Positions 22,324 through 32,182 of a stretch of DNA of 64,000 nt are shown here, piece after piece (positions within the stretch are counted from its first letter, which is position 1; every line of letters begins with the position of its first letter). The position numbers and the translations under genes were made by a program. The notes under the pieces were generated by a model, which was not told the origin of the DNA, did no database searches, and worked only from the letters and a program-made list of their open reading frames with translations. The stretch is from Bacteroidota bacterium (GTDB lineage Bacteria; Bacteroidota; Bacteroidia; Flavobacteriales; Flavobacteriaceae). The stretch is taken from assembly GCA_046047415.1 (NCBI GenBank), contig JBJOHX010000025.1, positions 46,052-110,051 on the forward strand, given 5' to 3'.

Positions 22324-22629
22324 TCACACCTTTATTTCTACTTCTACTCCACTAGGCAACTCTAATTTCATGAGCGCATCAATGGTTTTTGAAGAAGAGC
22401 TGTAAATATCCAGTAAACGCTTATACGAACTCAACTGGAATTGCTCTCTAGATTTTTTGTTTACGTGAGGAGAGCGCAACACGGTAAAAATTTTCTTATG
22501 TGTTGGTAAAGGAATAGGGCCGGTTACAACAGCACCAGTAGTCTTTACTGTTTTTACAATCTTATCGGCAGATTTATCTACCAAATTGTGATCGTATGAT
22601 TTAAGTTTTATTCTGATCTTTTGACTCAT
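22324..22629 (-). CDS. rpsJ: 30S ribosomal protein S10
   Basis: N-terminus [18 protein letters not shown], 101 aa. Confidence 0.97.
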   Translation of the reverse strand: MSQKIRIKLKSYDHNLVDKSADKIVKTVKTTGAVVTGPIPLPTHKKIFTVLRSPHVNKKSREQFQLSSYKRLLDIYSSSSKTIDALMKLELPSGVEVEIKV

Positions 22630-22639
22630 GATCCAAAAA

Positions 22640-24766
22640 TTAAGCAGTTACACCCTTAGTAGCCTTAATAACTTCTTCAGCTATATTAGTAGGTGTTTCC
22701 GCATAGTGAGAAAACTCCATAGTAGATGTAGCACGACCGGATGAAAGCGTACGCAAAGAAGTCACGTAACCAAACATTTCCGACAACGGAACATCACCTT
22801 TAATAACTTTAGCACCTGCGCGATCCGACATGTTATTTACCTGACCACGACGACGGTTCAAATCCCCTACGATATCACCCATGTTTTCTTCTGGAGTAAG
22901 CACTTCCAGCTTCATTATAGGCTCCATGATAATAGGCTTTGAAGCCTTGGCAGCTGTTTTGTATCCGATTTTGGCAGCAAGCTCAAAAGAAAGGGAATCC
23001 GAATCCACTGGGTGGAAAGAACCATCTTTTAGCGTTACTTTGATACTTTCAATTTCAAAGCCAGCCAGAGGACCATTTTTCATAGCCTCGCGGAATCCTT
23101 TCTCTACAGAAGGAATATATTCCTTCGGAATGTTACCTCCCTTAACTTCATTTACAAACTCTAAACCAACTTTTCCTTCGGAAGCAGGCTCCATTGTGAA
23201 AACAATATCAGCGAACTTACCACGACCACCTGTTTGCTTCTTGTAAACTTCTCGGTGATCGGCACGGCCTGTAATAGCCTCTTTGTACTCTACCTGTGGT
23301 TTACCTTGGTTCACCTCAACTTTGAATTCACGACGAAGACGGTCTACAATAATGTCTAGGTGAAGCTCACCCATACCTGATATAATGGTTTGACCACTGG
23401 CCTCATCAGTTTTTACCTGGAAAGTAGGATCCTCTTCAGCCAATTTAGCCAATGCCATACCCAACTTATCTACATCTGCCTTGGTCTTAGGTTCTACTGC
23501 AATACCGATAACCGGATCAGGGAACACCATACTTTCCAATACAATCGGATGTTTTTCAGAACACATGGTATCACCTGTTTTAATATCCTTAAAACCTACG
23601 GCTGCCCCGATATCTCCGGCAGAAATGCTTTCAATCGCATTTTGCTTATTTGAGTGCATCTGATAGATACGAGAAATACGTTCTTTATTGCCTGATCTTG
23701 TATTTAAGATATAAGAACCTGCATCTAGTTTTCCGGAATAACAACGGAAGAATGCCAAGCGACCCACAAAAGGATCCGTTGCGATCTTAAATGCTAAAGC
23801 CGCGAAAGGCTCAGAAGCGTCGGGCTTGCGTGAAATCTCCGCTCCGGTGTCTGGATCTGTTCCAATAATGGCTTCTTTATCCAGAGGAGAAGGCAAATAA
23901 CGACAAACACAATCCAACAAGAATTGAACACCTTTATTCTTAAATGAAGAACCGCAAACCATAGGAATGATACTCATGTCCATTACAGCAGCGCGAAGTG
24001 CAGCGTGGATTTCATCTTCGGTAATTGAATCCTCATCCTCGAAGAATTTCTCCATCAAAGTTTCGTCGTATTCTGCCACAGCTTCAATAAGCTCGGCGCG
24101 AAATTGACGAACTTCATCTACCATATCAGCAGGAATATCAACCACATCGAACGTGGATCCCATATTGTCGTCGTGCCACACAATGGCGCGATTCTTAACT
24201 AAATCTACAACCCCTTTAAAGTCTGCCTCATCTCCAATAGGCAATACAATAGGCACTGCATTGGACTTTAGCATGTCCTTAACTTGCTGGCATACCGCTA
24301 GGAAGTTAGAACCCTGGCGATCCATTTTATTCACAAAGCCCATACGAGGAACTTTGTAATTATCTGCCAAACGCCAGTTTGTTTCCGATTGAGGCTCAAC
24401 ACCATCTACAGCACTAAACAAGAAAACCAATCCATCCAAAACGCGTAATGAGCGGTTTACCTCTACAGTAAAGTCAACGTGGCCGGGGGTATCAATTATG
24501 TTAAAATGATATGGTTTCGTAGCATCGGTTGGCTGACCATTCTGTAATGGAAAATTCCAGGTACAAGTAGTTGCTGCAGAAGTAATAGTAATTCCACGCT
24601 CTTGTTCTTGCTCCATCCAGTCCATGGTTGCAGCACCATCGTGCACCTCACCAATTTTGTGACTAACACCGGTATAAAAAAGAATACGCTCGGTGGTTGT
24701 AGTTTTTCCGGCATCAATGTGTGCCGCGATTCCAATATTTCTGGTGTATTTAAGATCTCTAGCCAT
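22640..24766 (-). CDS. fusA: Elongation factor G
   Basis: 708 aa with the G1 motif [12 protein letters not shown] and DTPGHVDF. It is followed directly by rpsJ, with no tuf. Confidence 0.97.
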   Translation of the reverse strand: MARDLKYTRNIGIAAHIDAGKTTTTERILFYTGVSHKIGEVHDGAATMDWMEQEQERGITITSAATTCTWNFPLQNGQPTDATKPYHFNIIDTPGHVDFTVEVNRSLRVLDGLVFLFSAVDGVEPQSETNWRLADNYKVPRMGFVNKMDRQGSNFLAVCQQVKDMLKSNAVPIVLPIGDEADFKGVVDLVKNRAIVWHDDNMGSTFDVVDIPADMVDEVRQFRAELIEAVAEYDETLMEKFFEDEDSITEDEIHAALRAAVMDMSIIPMVCGSSFKNKGVQFLLDCVCRYLPSPLDKEAIIGTDPDTGAEISRKPDASEPFAALAFKIATDPFVGRLAFFRCYSGKLDAGSYILNTRSGNKERISRIYQMHSNKQNAIESISAGDIGAAVGFKDIKTGDTMCSEKHPIVLESMVFPDPVIGIAVEPKTKADVDKLGMALAKLAEEDPTFQVKTDEASGQTIISGMGELHLDIIVDRLRREFKVEVNQGKPQVEYKEAITGRADHREVYKKQTGGRGKFADIVFTMEPASEGKVGLEFVNEVKGGNIPKEYIPSVEKGFREAMKNGPLAGFEIESIKVTLKDGSFHPVDSDSLSFELAAKIGYKTAAKASKPIIMEPIMKLEVLTPEENMGDIVGDLNRRRGQVNNMSDRAGAKVIKGDVPLSEMFGYVTSLRTLSSGRATSTMEFSHYAETPTNIAEEVIKATKGVTA

Positions 24767-24768
24767 GA

Positions 24769-25245
24769 TTAGAATCTGAAATGCGAGAAGGCCTTATTGG
24801 CTTCTGCCATTTTATGTGTATCTACACGTTTCTTAACTGCCGCTCCCTCTTCTTTAGCCGCCGAAATAATCTCAGAAGCTAGTTTTTGAGCCATAGATTT
24901 CTCGTTACGCTTGCGTGCATAAAGAATAAGCCATTTCATGGCAGTGGAAATTTTTCTGTCTGGACGAATTTGCATCGGGATTTGGAACGTTGCTCCACCT
25001 ACCCGACGACTTCTTACCTCTACATGAGGCATCACATTGGCAAGTGCATCTTTCCACAATTCCAATGCGGTTTTTTCTTCGTCATTTTTCTTTTGCTCTA
25101 CGATATCCATGGCATCATAAAAAATCTGAAATGCAATCGATTTTTTACCATCCCACATCATCATGTTTACAAAACGCGTCACCAATTGATCGTTAAATCT
25201 AGGATCTGGCAACAAGGGCCGTTTCTTAGCCTGTCTTTTTCTCAT
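24769..25245 (-). CDS. rpsG: 30S ribosomal protein S7
   Basis: 158 aa with [16 protein letters not shown]. Confidence 0.97.
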   Translation of the reverse strand: MRKRQAKKRPLLPDPRFNDQLVTRFVNMMMWDGKKSIAFQIFYDAMDIVEQKKNDEEKTALELWKDALANVMPHVEVRSRRVGGATFQIPMQIRPDRKISTAMKWLILYARKRNEKSMAQKLASEIISAAKEEGAAVKKRVDTHKMAEANKAFSHFRF

Positions 25246-25270
25246 TGTTACTTCTTAAACTTGGTGAACC

Positions 25271-25645
25271 TTACTTTTTGGGACGTTTTGCTCCGTATTT
25301 GGATCTGCGTTGGGTCCGACCAGCTACTCCGGCCGTATCCAATGCTCCACGTACGATGTGATACCTCACACCTGGCAAATCCTTCACCCTTCCGCCTCTA
25401 ACCAATACTATCGAGTGCTCTTGGAGGTTGTGACCTTCTCCTGGGATGTATGCGTTCACTTCTTTACCATTGGTAAGACGAACCCTAGCCACCTTCCGCA
25501 TTGCAGAATTCGGCTTTTTAGGCGTTGTGGTATACACACGCGTACACACTCCCCGACGTTGAGGACACGAATCCAAAGCAGCCGATTTACTCTTCTTGGT
25601 AATTGTGGCCCTTCCTTTTCGTACTAATTGTGAAATTGTTGGCAT
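25271..25645 (-). CDS. rpsL: 30S ribosomal protein S12
   Basis: N-terminus [12 protein letters not shown], 124 aa; first gene of the superoperon. Confidence 0.97.
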   Translation of the reverse strand: MPTISQLVRKGRATITKKSKSAALDSCPQRRGVCTRVYTTTPKKPNSAMRKVARVRLTNGKEVNAYIPGEGHNLQEHSIVLVRGGRVKDLPGVRYHIVRGALDTAGVAGRTQRRSKYGAKRPKK

Positions 25646-25683
25646 AAATACATCTAATAATTCTACCCCGCTTTTAGGGCTGG

Positions 25684-25691
25684 CAAATGTA
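25684..25691 (-). promoter_or_regulatory. Candidate Bacteroidota -7 promoter box (TAnnTTTG) for rpsL
   Basis: The minus strand reads TACATTTG, 39 nt upstream of the rpsL ATG. This is a motif match only. Confidence 0.3.
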
Positions 25692-26092
25692 ACAATAAAT
25701 CACTATAATTCAAATCTCCTCTAGCATTTTTCAATTTTATTTTTGGATTTAAAATGCAGATGGGAGTATTATGCTCCCCTGGATAAGGGTTCGTAGCGAC
25801 AAAGAAGTCCAAATCTGTATACCTTAATATATTACAATCAAAATCTACTCAATACTTGTAATTGATTCATACCTTATACTGTCATTGTGGAAAAAAGTGA
25901 TCAAAATCTTAACGAAAAATTAAAAGGATTCAATAAAAAATGACAACTAAACACTTTCGAAAAGCACTTTGTTGCAATGTTAAATTGTAAAATTCTCAAA
26001 CCAGCAGCACGCCAAATAGCATAAAGACAATCCCAAGCCCTTTAAATTTGAGAGACCTCATAAACTGTCTTTCTGTTTAAGTTTTATTAAAA

Positions 26093-26100
26093 TAAGTTTG
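26093..26100 (+). promoter_or_regulatory. Candidate -7 promoter box (TAnnTTTG) for the SusC-like gene
   Basis: TAAGTTTG, 56 nt upstream of the ATG at 26156. This is a motif match only. Confidence 0.3.
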
Positions 26101-26155
26101 GATTATTAACATAGAATTAAGATTTTCGCAGTTAGCTAATTCAAATAATTTAAAA

Positions 26156-29100
26156 ATGAGAACAAAATTCAATGGAATCCTGACGCTTTTACTGGCGTTG
26201 GTTGCGCAGATTTCGTTTGCGCAAGAAAAATCGATTTCAGGTACGGTGACCGATGCCGACGGTTTGCCGTTGCCTGGGGTTAACATCCTTGTTCAGGGAA
26301 CCTCTTCCGGTACCCAGACGGACTTTGACGGAAATTATTCCATCCGTGCTAGTGTAGGCGACGTACTGACCTACTCTTACATTGGAATGAGTGCCGAAAC
26401 AAGAACGGTAGGCGCCGCAAGCGTTATAAATGTTCAGATGTCTGAGGATGCTCAAGCTCTTGAGGAGGTTGTAGTAACGGCTCAAGGTATTAAAAGAGAG
26501 AAGAAAGCTCTTGGATACGCCGTAACTACAGTTGGCTCAGATGATTTGGAAGAAAAAACCGAAGGTGATATCGGTCGTGTACTTAGAGGAAAAGCTTCAG
26601 GGGTTAATATTACCCAACAAAGTGGTGTTTCCGGTTCAGGTACCAACATCATCATCCGGGGTTATCAGTCTTTCAGCCAGAACAACCAACCATTATTTAT
26701 CGTAGATGGTGTGCCTTTCAGCAGCGACACGAACGCTCCAGGTAACTTCGTGAACGGTAACAACGGTTCTTCTCGCTTCTTAGACTTGGATCCCAATAGT
26801 ATCGCGAGTGTGAGCGTTCTTAAAGGTCTTTCTGCAGCAACACTTTACGGTGAGCAAGGAAAGAACGGGGTAATCCTTATTACCACCAAAAACGGCTCTG
26901 CTGGAACAGGAGGTTCTAAGAAGTCTGAGATTACGGTAACATCTTCTTACTTCTTCAATGAAATCGCCTCTATGCCGGATTATCAAAATTCATATGGTGG
27001 TGGTTTTGACCAAGCGTTCGGATGGTTCTTCAGTAACTGGGGACCTGGTTTTGCTAGAAGCGGTCGTGCCAGCTACACGAACCCTGCAAGCTTTCCAGCT
27101 GTTTATCAGTTAGATCCAAACACAGGAACAATTCGTCACCCGTATTCTACCGCATCTGCTGCAACAGGAGTTCCTGCTGCATTCCCAGAATTGGCAGATG
27201 CTCGTTACGAATTTAAGCCTTACCAAAGCGTACCCGCCTTCTTCCGCACAGGAGCAGTTTCTAACATCTCTTTAAACGCCAATGGCGCTTCTGAAGATGG
27301 TAAAGTTGCTTACAATATGAGTGCCGGTCACTTGGAAGATCAAGGATTTACTCCTGGTAACCGCTTATTACGTAGCAATATTGGTATAGGTGGACGCGCT
27401 CAATTGAGCAACAAATTCACAATTAACGGTACCATGAACTACTCTCGGACTACATTTAAGTCTCCTCCAGTTGCAGCGAGTACCGGTAACGGATCTTTTG
27501 GTTCTGGTTCTTCTGTTTATGGTCACTTATTCTTTACGCCTCGTTCTGTTGACTTGATGGGTCTTCCTTGGGAAAATCCAATTACAGGAGGTAGCGTTTA
27601 CTACCGTCAGGGTAACGACATCCAGAACCCACGTTGGACTGTAGCTAATGCAGGTAACCGTCAGATTACCAACCGTGCATTTGGAAACATGTCTTTGCAA
27701 TACGACATCAGCGACAACCTTAACTTACTATATCGTTTTGGTTATGACGTGTATTCAGAAAACAACGTAGACTTCCAAAACAAAGGTGGTACCTCTGGTA
27801 GCACTGCCACTCAAAGTGGTCGTTATGATACTTGGACCAATACCAACACCATTTGGGATAACTCAATTATTCTAAACGGTAGCTTTGACTTAAACGAAGA
27901 TCTTGACATGAACTTCAACGCCGGTGCAACTACACGTAGTACTGCATACGATCGTCAAGGAGTTTCAAGTACAGGTCAGAACGTGTTTGGTGTACTTCGT
28001 CACTTCAACTTTAACCTACAAGATGAAATCCAGTACTCTCAAAGACAAAACATCGCAGGGGTTTACGGTCAGGTTGACTTTGGATACAAAAACTTCTTGT
28101 ATTTAACCCTGAACGCTCGTAATGACTGGGTTTCTAACCAATCTCCTGAGAACCGCTCTCTACTTTACAAAGGAGGTAGCTTCTCTTTCTTGCCAACCGA
28201 CGCTTTCCCTGATTTGCGTTCTGAAGGCGGAATCAACTACCTGAAAATAAGAGGTGGTTACGGTGAATCTGCAGGTTTCGCGACAGGATATCCTATTTCT
28301 GTTGACTTAGCAATTGATACTCAAGCATTCCTTAACGATGCTGGAAATACTGTAGTTTCTAACAGCGTTTCGAACCGCGTTGCTAACCCAAACATTCTTC
28401 CTGAGCGTTACGCTGAATACGAAGTAGGTATGGAGTCTCGTTTGTTCAACAACATCATGAGCTTAGACGTTTCGCTTTACAAAAGGGTTACAAATGACTT
28501 GATTGTTGACCGTCCGCTTGACCCTGCTACCGGTGGTACAGTAATTGCTACTAACGTAGGTCGTATCGAAGGTAAAGGTATTGAAGTAGACTTAGGTCTA
28601 TATCCTTTCAGCGAAGGTGACTTCAAATGGAGCATCAATTCTAACTTTAACTCTAACAATTCAATTGTTAAAGATCTTGGAGCAGACACCGACCTTATCG
28701 TATTTGCTGGTTTCTCCAACCGAGGTAATGCTGCAATCGTTGGCGAACAATTGGGAGTTATTGTAGGTAGCCGTATCGCTCGCGATGCTAACGGTGCATT
28801 CAAAGTTGACGCTTCCGGTAACTATATCGGAGAAGAAGTTGATGAGAATAACCGTTTACCTATCATCGGTAATCCAAACCCAGATTGGACCGCTAACGTA
28901 AACAACTCATTCTCTTACAAAAACTTCAATTTTAATGTCTTATTGAACTACCAACAAGGTGGAGACATCTGGACAAGTACTGTAGCTACGCTATTAGGTC
29001 GTGGTCTAATTGAAGCCACTGTAGACCGTGAGCGTTCTTTCATCCTTCCAGGTAACGGCCCTGATGGTACAGCTAACAAAGTTCAGATTAACAACTCGGA

Positions 29101-29407
29101 CTACTACTTTAACAACGTAGTATTCGGACCTTCTGAATTACAGGTTTACGACGCTACTCACCTGAGATTACAAGAGGTGTCTTTAGGCTATTCTGTTCCA
29201 AAACAAGCGCTAGAGAAAACACCATTCGGATCACTGAGCTTAACTGCCACAGCTAACAACATGTGGTATAAAGCCTTTAACATGCCTGAAAGTGCTAACT
29301 TTGACCCTAACGTAGCGGGTCTTGGTGTAGGTCTTGGTCAAGGTTTTGACTATCTGAACGGTCCTAGCTCCAAGCGTTATGGTCTCAGTATTAAAGCAAC
29401 CTTTTAA
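26156..29407 (+). CDS. SusC/RagA-family TonB-dependent outer-membrane transporter
   Basis: 1083 aa. It has a signal peptide ending SFAQ and an N-terminal carboxypeptidase-regulatory-like domain (ISGTVTDADGLPLPGVNILVQGTSSGTQTDFDGNYSI). A plug region (EEVVVTAQGIKREKKALGYAVTTV) follows, and the protein ends in a C-terminal Phe (SIKATF). Confidence 0.92.
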   Translation: MRTKFNGILTLLLALVAQISFAQEKSISGTVTDADGLPLPGVNILVQGTSSGTQTDFDGNYSIRASVGDVLTYSYIGMSAETRTVGAASVINVQMSEDAQALEEVVVTAQGIKREKKALGYAVTTVGSDDLEEKTEGDIGRVLRGKASGVNITQQSGVSGSGTNIIIRGYQSFSQNNQPLFIVDGVPFSSDTNAPGNFVNGNNGSSRFLDLDPNSIASVSVLKGLSAATLYGEQGKNGVILITTKNGSAGTGGSKKSEITVTSSYFFNEIASMPDYQNSYGGGFDQAFGWFFSNWGPGFARSGRASYTNPASFPAVYQLDPNTGTIRHPYSTASAATGVPAAFPELADARYEFKPYQSVPAFFRTGAVSNISLNANGASEDGKVAYNMSAGHLEDQGFTPGNRLLRSNIGIGGRAQLSNKFTINGTMNYSRTTFKSPPVAASTGNGSFGSGSSVYGHLFFTPRSVDLMGLPWENPITGGSVYYRQGNDIQNPRWTVANAGNRQITNRAFGNMSLQYDISDNLNLLYRFGYDVYSENNVDFQNKGGTSGSTATQSGRYDTWTNTNTIWDNSIILNGSFDLNEDLDMNFNAGATTRSTAYDRQGVSSTGQNVFGVLRHFNFNLQDEIQYSQRQNIAGVYGQVDFGYKNFLYLTLNARNDWVSNQSPENRSLLYKGGSFSFLPTDAFPDLRSEGGINYLKIRGGYGESAGFATGYPISVDLAIDTQAFLNDAGNTVVSNSVSNRVANPNILPERYAEYEVGMESRLFNNIMSLDVSLYKRVTNDLIVDRPLDPATGGTVIATNVGRIEGKGIEVDLGLYPFSEGDFKWSINSNFNSNNSIVKDLGADTDLIVFAGFSNRGNAAIVGEQLGVIVGSRIARDANGAFKVDASGNYIGEEVDENNRLPIIGNPNPDWTANVNNSFSYKNFNFNVLLNYQQGGDIWTSTVATLLGRGLIEATVDRERSFILPGNGPDGTANKVQINNSDYYFNNVVFGPSELQVYDATHLRLQEVSLGYSVPKQALEKTPFGSLSLTATANNMWYKAFNMPESANFDPNVAGLGVGLGQGFDYLNGPSSKRYGLSIKATF

Positions 29408-29433
29408 TTCAACTATAATAAAGACGATATATC

Positions 29434-31092
29434 ATGAAAATATTGTTTAACAAACTTTGTGTCGTAGGAGCCTTGGGTCTTTTTATGCTCCAGTCCTGCG
29501 AAACCACAAACCTGGATTTGACTAAAAATCCAAACGCACTTTCTGCCGATCAGGGAAGTCCCGACTTCTTATTGAATGGAATTCAGGTGCAATTTGCTTA
29601 CACCGTTGAATCTTTAGGTAGAGCGGGTGCGGAATTGACTCGTATCGATTACATGTTTGGACGTAGCTATGTAAACAACTACGGACCGAATGCTTTTGAC
29701 GGTACATGGAGTGCTTCATACACTGAAATGTTTACTGACCTTAAGGCCATGAATGCATTGGCTTCAGAAAACAACCTTACCTACCACTTAGGTATGGGTC
29801 AGTTCATGAAAGCGTATATGCTAGTTGCTTTAGTAGACTACTTTGGAGATGTTCCTTACTCTCAAGCTAACCTTGGAGCTGAGAACTTTAATCCTGGTGT
29901 AGACTCTGGATCTGCAGTTTATGACGCAGCATTGGCTATGGTAGATGAAGCGATAAACAACTTCAACGCAACAGCTGCCGCTAAGCCTCAAAATGACTTC
30001 TTCTACAAAGGAAACGCTACCAAATGGATAAAAGCTTGTAACACGCTTAAAATGCGTATTTACATGCAACGCCGTTTGGTCGATGGAGGTGCAGTTGCTG
30101 CATTTAACCAAATCGTTACTTCAGGAAACTACATCAGCAGCAGTGCCGATGACTTCCAATGGCAATGGGGAACTAACGTAGTTCAACCAGCTACACGTCA
30201 CCCACGTTATGCAGGGAACTATGCTGCTTCAGGAGGAGCCGGAGACTATATGTCTAACGACCTAATGAACTACATGACCATTAATAACGACCCACGTATC
30301 CGTTACTATTTCTATCGTCAAAACCGATTTACTCCTGGTTCAGATGGAGCGCCACCCGCATTGGAAACGCTACAGTGCTCTCTTCAGGAAGCACCTCAGC
30401 ACTATATCGATGCTGGTTTCCCTTTCTGTACCTTACCTAACGGTTATTGGGGACGTGATCACGGAAACAACGAAGGAACTCCTCCTGATGGATTCTTGAG
30501 AACAACTGTAGGGGTTTACCCAGCGGCAGGCCGATTCGATGATAACACTTATGCTGGTGTTAAAATTGGAATGGGTGGCGGCGGAGCCGGTATTACTCCA
30601 ATCATGCTTGCTTCTTCTTCTGACTTCTTGATTGCTGAAGCCCAAATGTTGGCAGGTAACTATGCAGACGCAAGAGCTAGTGTTCTTGCAGGTTTAGCTA
30701 AATCTGTAGCGAAAGTAAAAACCTTTGCTGCTAAAGATGCTGCTTCCGACAAGTCTTTTGAGCCAACTGCAGCTCAAATTACTAACCACGCTACATTAGT
30801 TGGAACCCAATTCGACGCAGATGCCGACAACGGATGGAACGTTCTTGGTCGTGAATTCTTTACTTCCCTATATGGAAATGGTATTGACGCCTACAACTTC
30901 TATCGCAGAACCGGATATCCTACTAACTTGCAAACGAACCTAGAGCCTCAACCAGGTGGATTCATTCGCTCGTTCTTCTATCCGTCGAATTTTGTGAACA
31001 ACAACTCGGCTGTTTCTCAGAAAGCAGGGGTAACCTCTCAGGTATTCTGGGACAACAACCCTTCTTCACCCGGTTTCCCAGAATCAAACTAA
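29434..31092 (+). CDS. SusD/RagB-family nutrient-binding outer-membrane lipoprotein
   Basis: 552 aa with a lipobox (LFMLQSC). It starts 26 nt after the SusC-like gene. The C-terminal region has the typical YNFYRRTGYP motif. Confidence 0.88.
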   Translation: MKILFNKLCVVGALGLFMLQSCETTNLDLTKNPNALSADQGSPDFLLNGIQVQFAYTVESLGRAGAELTRIDYMFGRSYVNNYGPNAFDGTWSASYTEMFTDLKAMNALASENNLTYHLGMGQFMKAYMLVALVDYFGDVPYSQANLGAENFNPGVDSGSAVYDAALAMVDEAINNFNATAAAKPQNDFFYKGNATKWIKACNTLKMRIYMQRRLVDGGAVAAFNQIVTSGNYISSSADDFQWQWGTNVVQPATRHPRYAGNYAASGGAGDYMSNDLMNYMTINNDPRIRYYFYRQNRFTPGSDGAPPALETLQCSLQEAPQHYIDAGFPFCTLPNGYWGRDHGNNEGTPPDGFLRTTVGVYPAAGRFDDNTYAGVKIGMGGGGAGITPIMLASSSDFLIAEAQMLAGNYADARASVLAGLAKSVAKVKTFAAKDAASDKSFEPTAAQITNHATLVGTQFDADADNGWNVLGREFFTSLYGNGIDAYNFYRRTGYPTNLQTNLEPQPGGFIRSFFYPSNFVNNNSAVSQKAGVTSQVFWDNNPSSPGFPESN

Positions 31093-31104
31093 AATAGTAT
31101 TGCA

Positions 31105-32028
31105 ATGAAAAAAGTAATTTTTAAATATTTATCTGTCTTCGTTGCTATAGCCGTAACCGGATGTAGTAATGATGATAAAACCATAGATAAAGTATTCGAC
31201 GAAGTGCAGACTGGTGCATTCCTCCGGTTTGTGTCTACTCAAGGTGGGGCGCTAAATAAAGAAGATGCTTCTTCTACTGCTGCCGTAACTTTTGAATTCG
31301 ACGGTCAGGATGCTTCTATGCTTCAGAGTGTTGACGCGGTAATCACCTTCGCTGACAATGATTCTGAAGACGGAGTACAACAGAGCTTTGGCCCAGTTGC
31401 CCTGAAAACACTTTCAGCATCTGATTTTACAACAAGTAGTTTTGGTCTTCCAGAGGCTACCCTATCCTACACCTTAGGCGAGGCTCTTGCTGCAGGCGGT
31501 CTTACATTAGCAGACATTCAAGGTGGTGACAAACTTACCTTGGGTCTAACTGTTAACTTGACAGACGGTCGTTCATTTGGACCTGGCACTGCCAACGGTA
31601 ACATTGGTGCAATTGGTGGTTTTTACTCTTCTCCTTACCAGTATTCTTCATTAGTAGTTTGTCCTCCACAACCTGGAGTATGGACTATCGATATGATCGA
31701 TACTTACGGAGATGGTTGGCAAACCTCTACTGGTGGAGGTGGAGCTGGTATTACCTTTACCTTGAATGATGGCACTGTATTGGAAGTTTCATTATGTTCT
31801 GCTTACGGACCCCGTCCAGGCTGTACAGATGATTACAACGCCGGTACTGCAACTGTTACCATTCCTGCTGGTACTACTACCATGGCTGCATTCTTCCCTG
31901 GTGATTACTACGGAGAAATCGCGTTCACTATTACATCTCCTACCGGAAATGTATTGGCCGATTATGCTCCAGGTTCTGCCGGAGGTGCAATTCCATTAGA
32001 TTACTGTAACGATATTGCTGGCAATTAA
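31105..32028 (+). CDS. Surface lipoprotein in the SusE/F position, with an uncharacterised Cys-containing C-terminal domain
   Basis: 307 aa with a lipobox (AVTGC), starting 12 nt after the SusD-like gene. The C-terminal roughly 125 aa carry DTYGDGWQTSTGGGGAG and GEIAFTITSPTGNVL plus 4 Cys. Confidence 0.6.
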   Translation: MKKVIFKYLSVFVAIAVTGCSNDDKTIDKVFDEVQTGAFLRFVSTQGGALNKEDASSTAAVTFEFDGQDASMLQSVDAVITFADNDSEDGVQQSFGPVALKTLSASDFTTSSFGLPEATLSYTLGEALAAGGLTLADIQGGDKLTLGLTVNLTDGRSFGPGTANGNIGAIGGFYSSPYQYSSLVVCPPQPGVWTIDMIDTYGDGWQTSTGGGGAGITFTLNDGTVLEVSLCSAYGPRPGCTDDYNAGTATVTIPAGTTTMAAFFPGDYYGEIAFTITSPTGNVLADYAPGSAGGAIPLDYCNDIAGN

Positions 32029-32086
32029 TTGGACCAGTATATGGCCTGAAATTTTTAGGCTTATCGTAACAAGCAGATAAAAGAAA

Positions 32087-32113
32087 GCCCTGTTATTCCA
32101 ACAGGGCTTTTTT
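32087..32113 (+). terminator. Intrinsic terminator after the SusC/D/lipoprotein triad
   Basis: GCCCTGTT-ATTCC-AACAGGGC followed by TTTTTT. Confidence 0.8.
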
Positions 32114-32154
32114 ATGTTAAATACTTTTATATTTCTGAATTGGTATTATATTTA

Positions 32155-32162
32155 TATGTTTG
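32155..32162 (+). promoter_or_regulatory. Candidate -7 promoter box (TAnnTTTG)
   Basis: TATGTTTG, 21 nt upstream of the ATG at 32183. This is a motif match only. Confidence 0.3.
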
Positions 32163-32182
32163 AATACTCTAACAAGAATAAG

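Noticed and set aside
24886-25401. 171-aa plus-strand ORF spanning the rpsG/rpsL junction. Similar long antisense ORFs occur at 17340-17648, 19183-19548, 22881-23246 and 8584-8937.
   Set aside because: All lie antisense to highly conserved ribosomal or EF-G genes. Their low-complexity or odd composition is typical of shadow ORFs in codon-biased genes, and none has an independent start context or a recognisable motif.
25646-26155. Recurring CAAAATCT / CCAAATCT words and a small GGGAG-N7-CTCCC hairpin (about 25761-25777) in the rpsL/SusC divergent region.
   Set aside because: The region is very AT-rich, so short word recurrences are expected by chance. There is no regular spacing or longer repeat unit, and the hairpin has only 5 bp.
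32114-32182. N-terminal extensions proposed by the ORF track: MLNTFIFLNWYYIYMFEYSNKNK here, and likewise 9992-10033 for rpoA, 13933-14091 for rpmD, 61604-61717 for the SprT-like gene, 50521-50646 for the membrane protein, 50586-50657 for gcvP, 53446-53520, 53994-54038 and 57382-57441.
   Set aside because: These extensions overlap terminators, promoters or neighbouring genes, and many begin at non-ATG codons. Internal ATGs give canonical N-termini or signal peptides.
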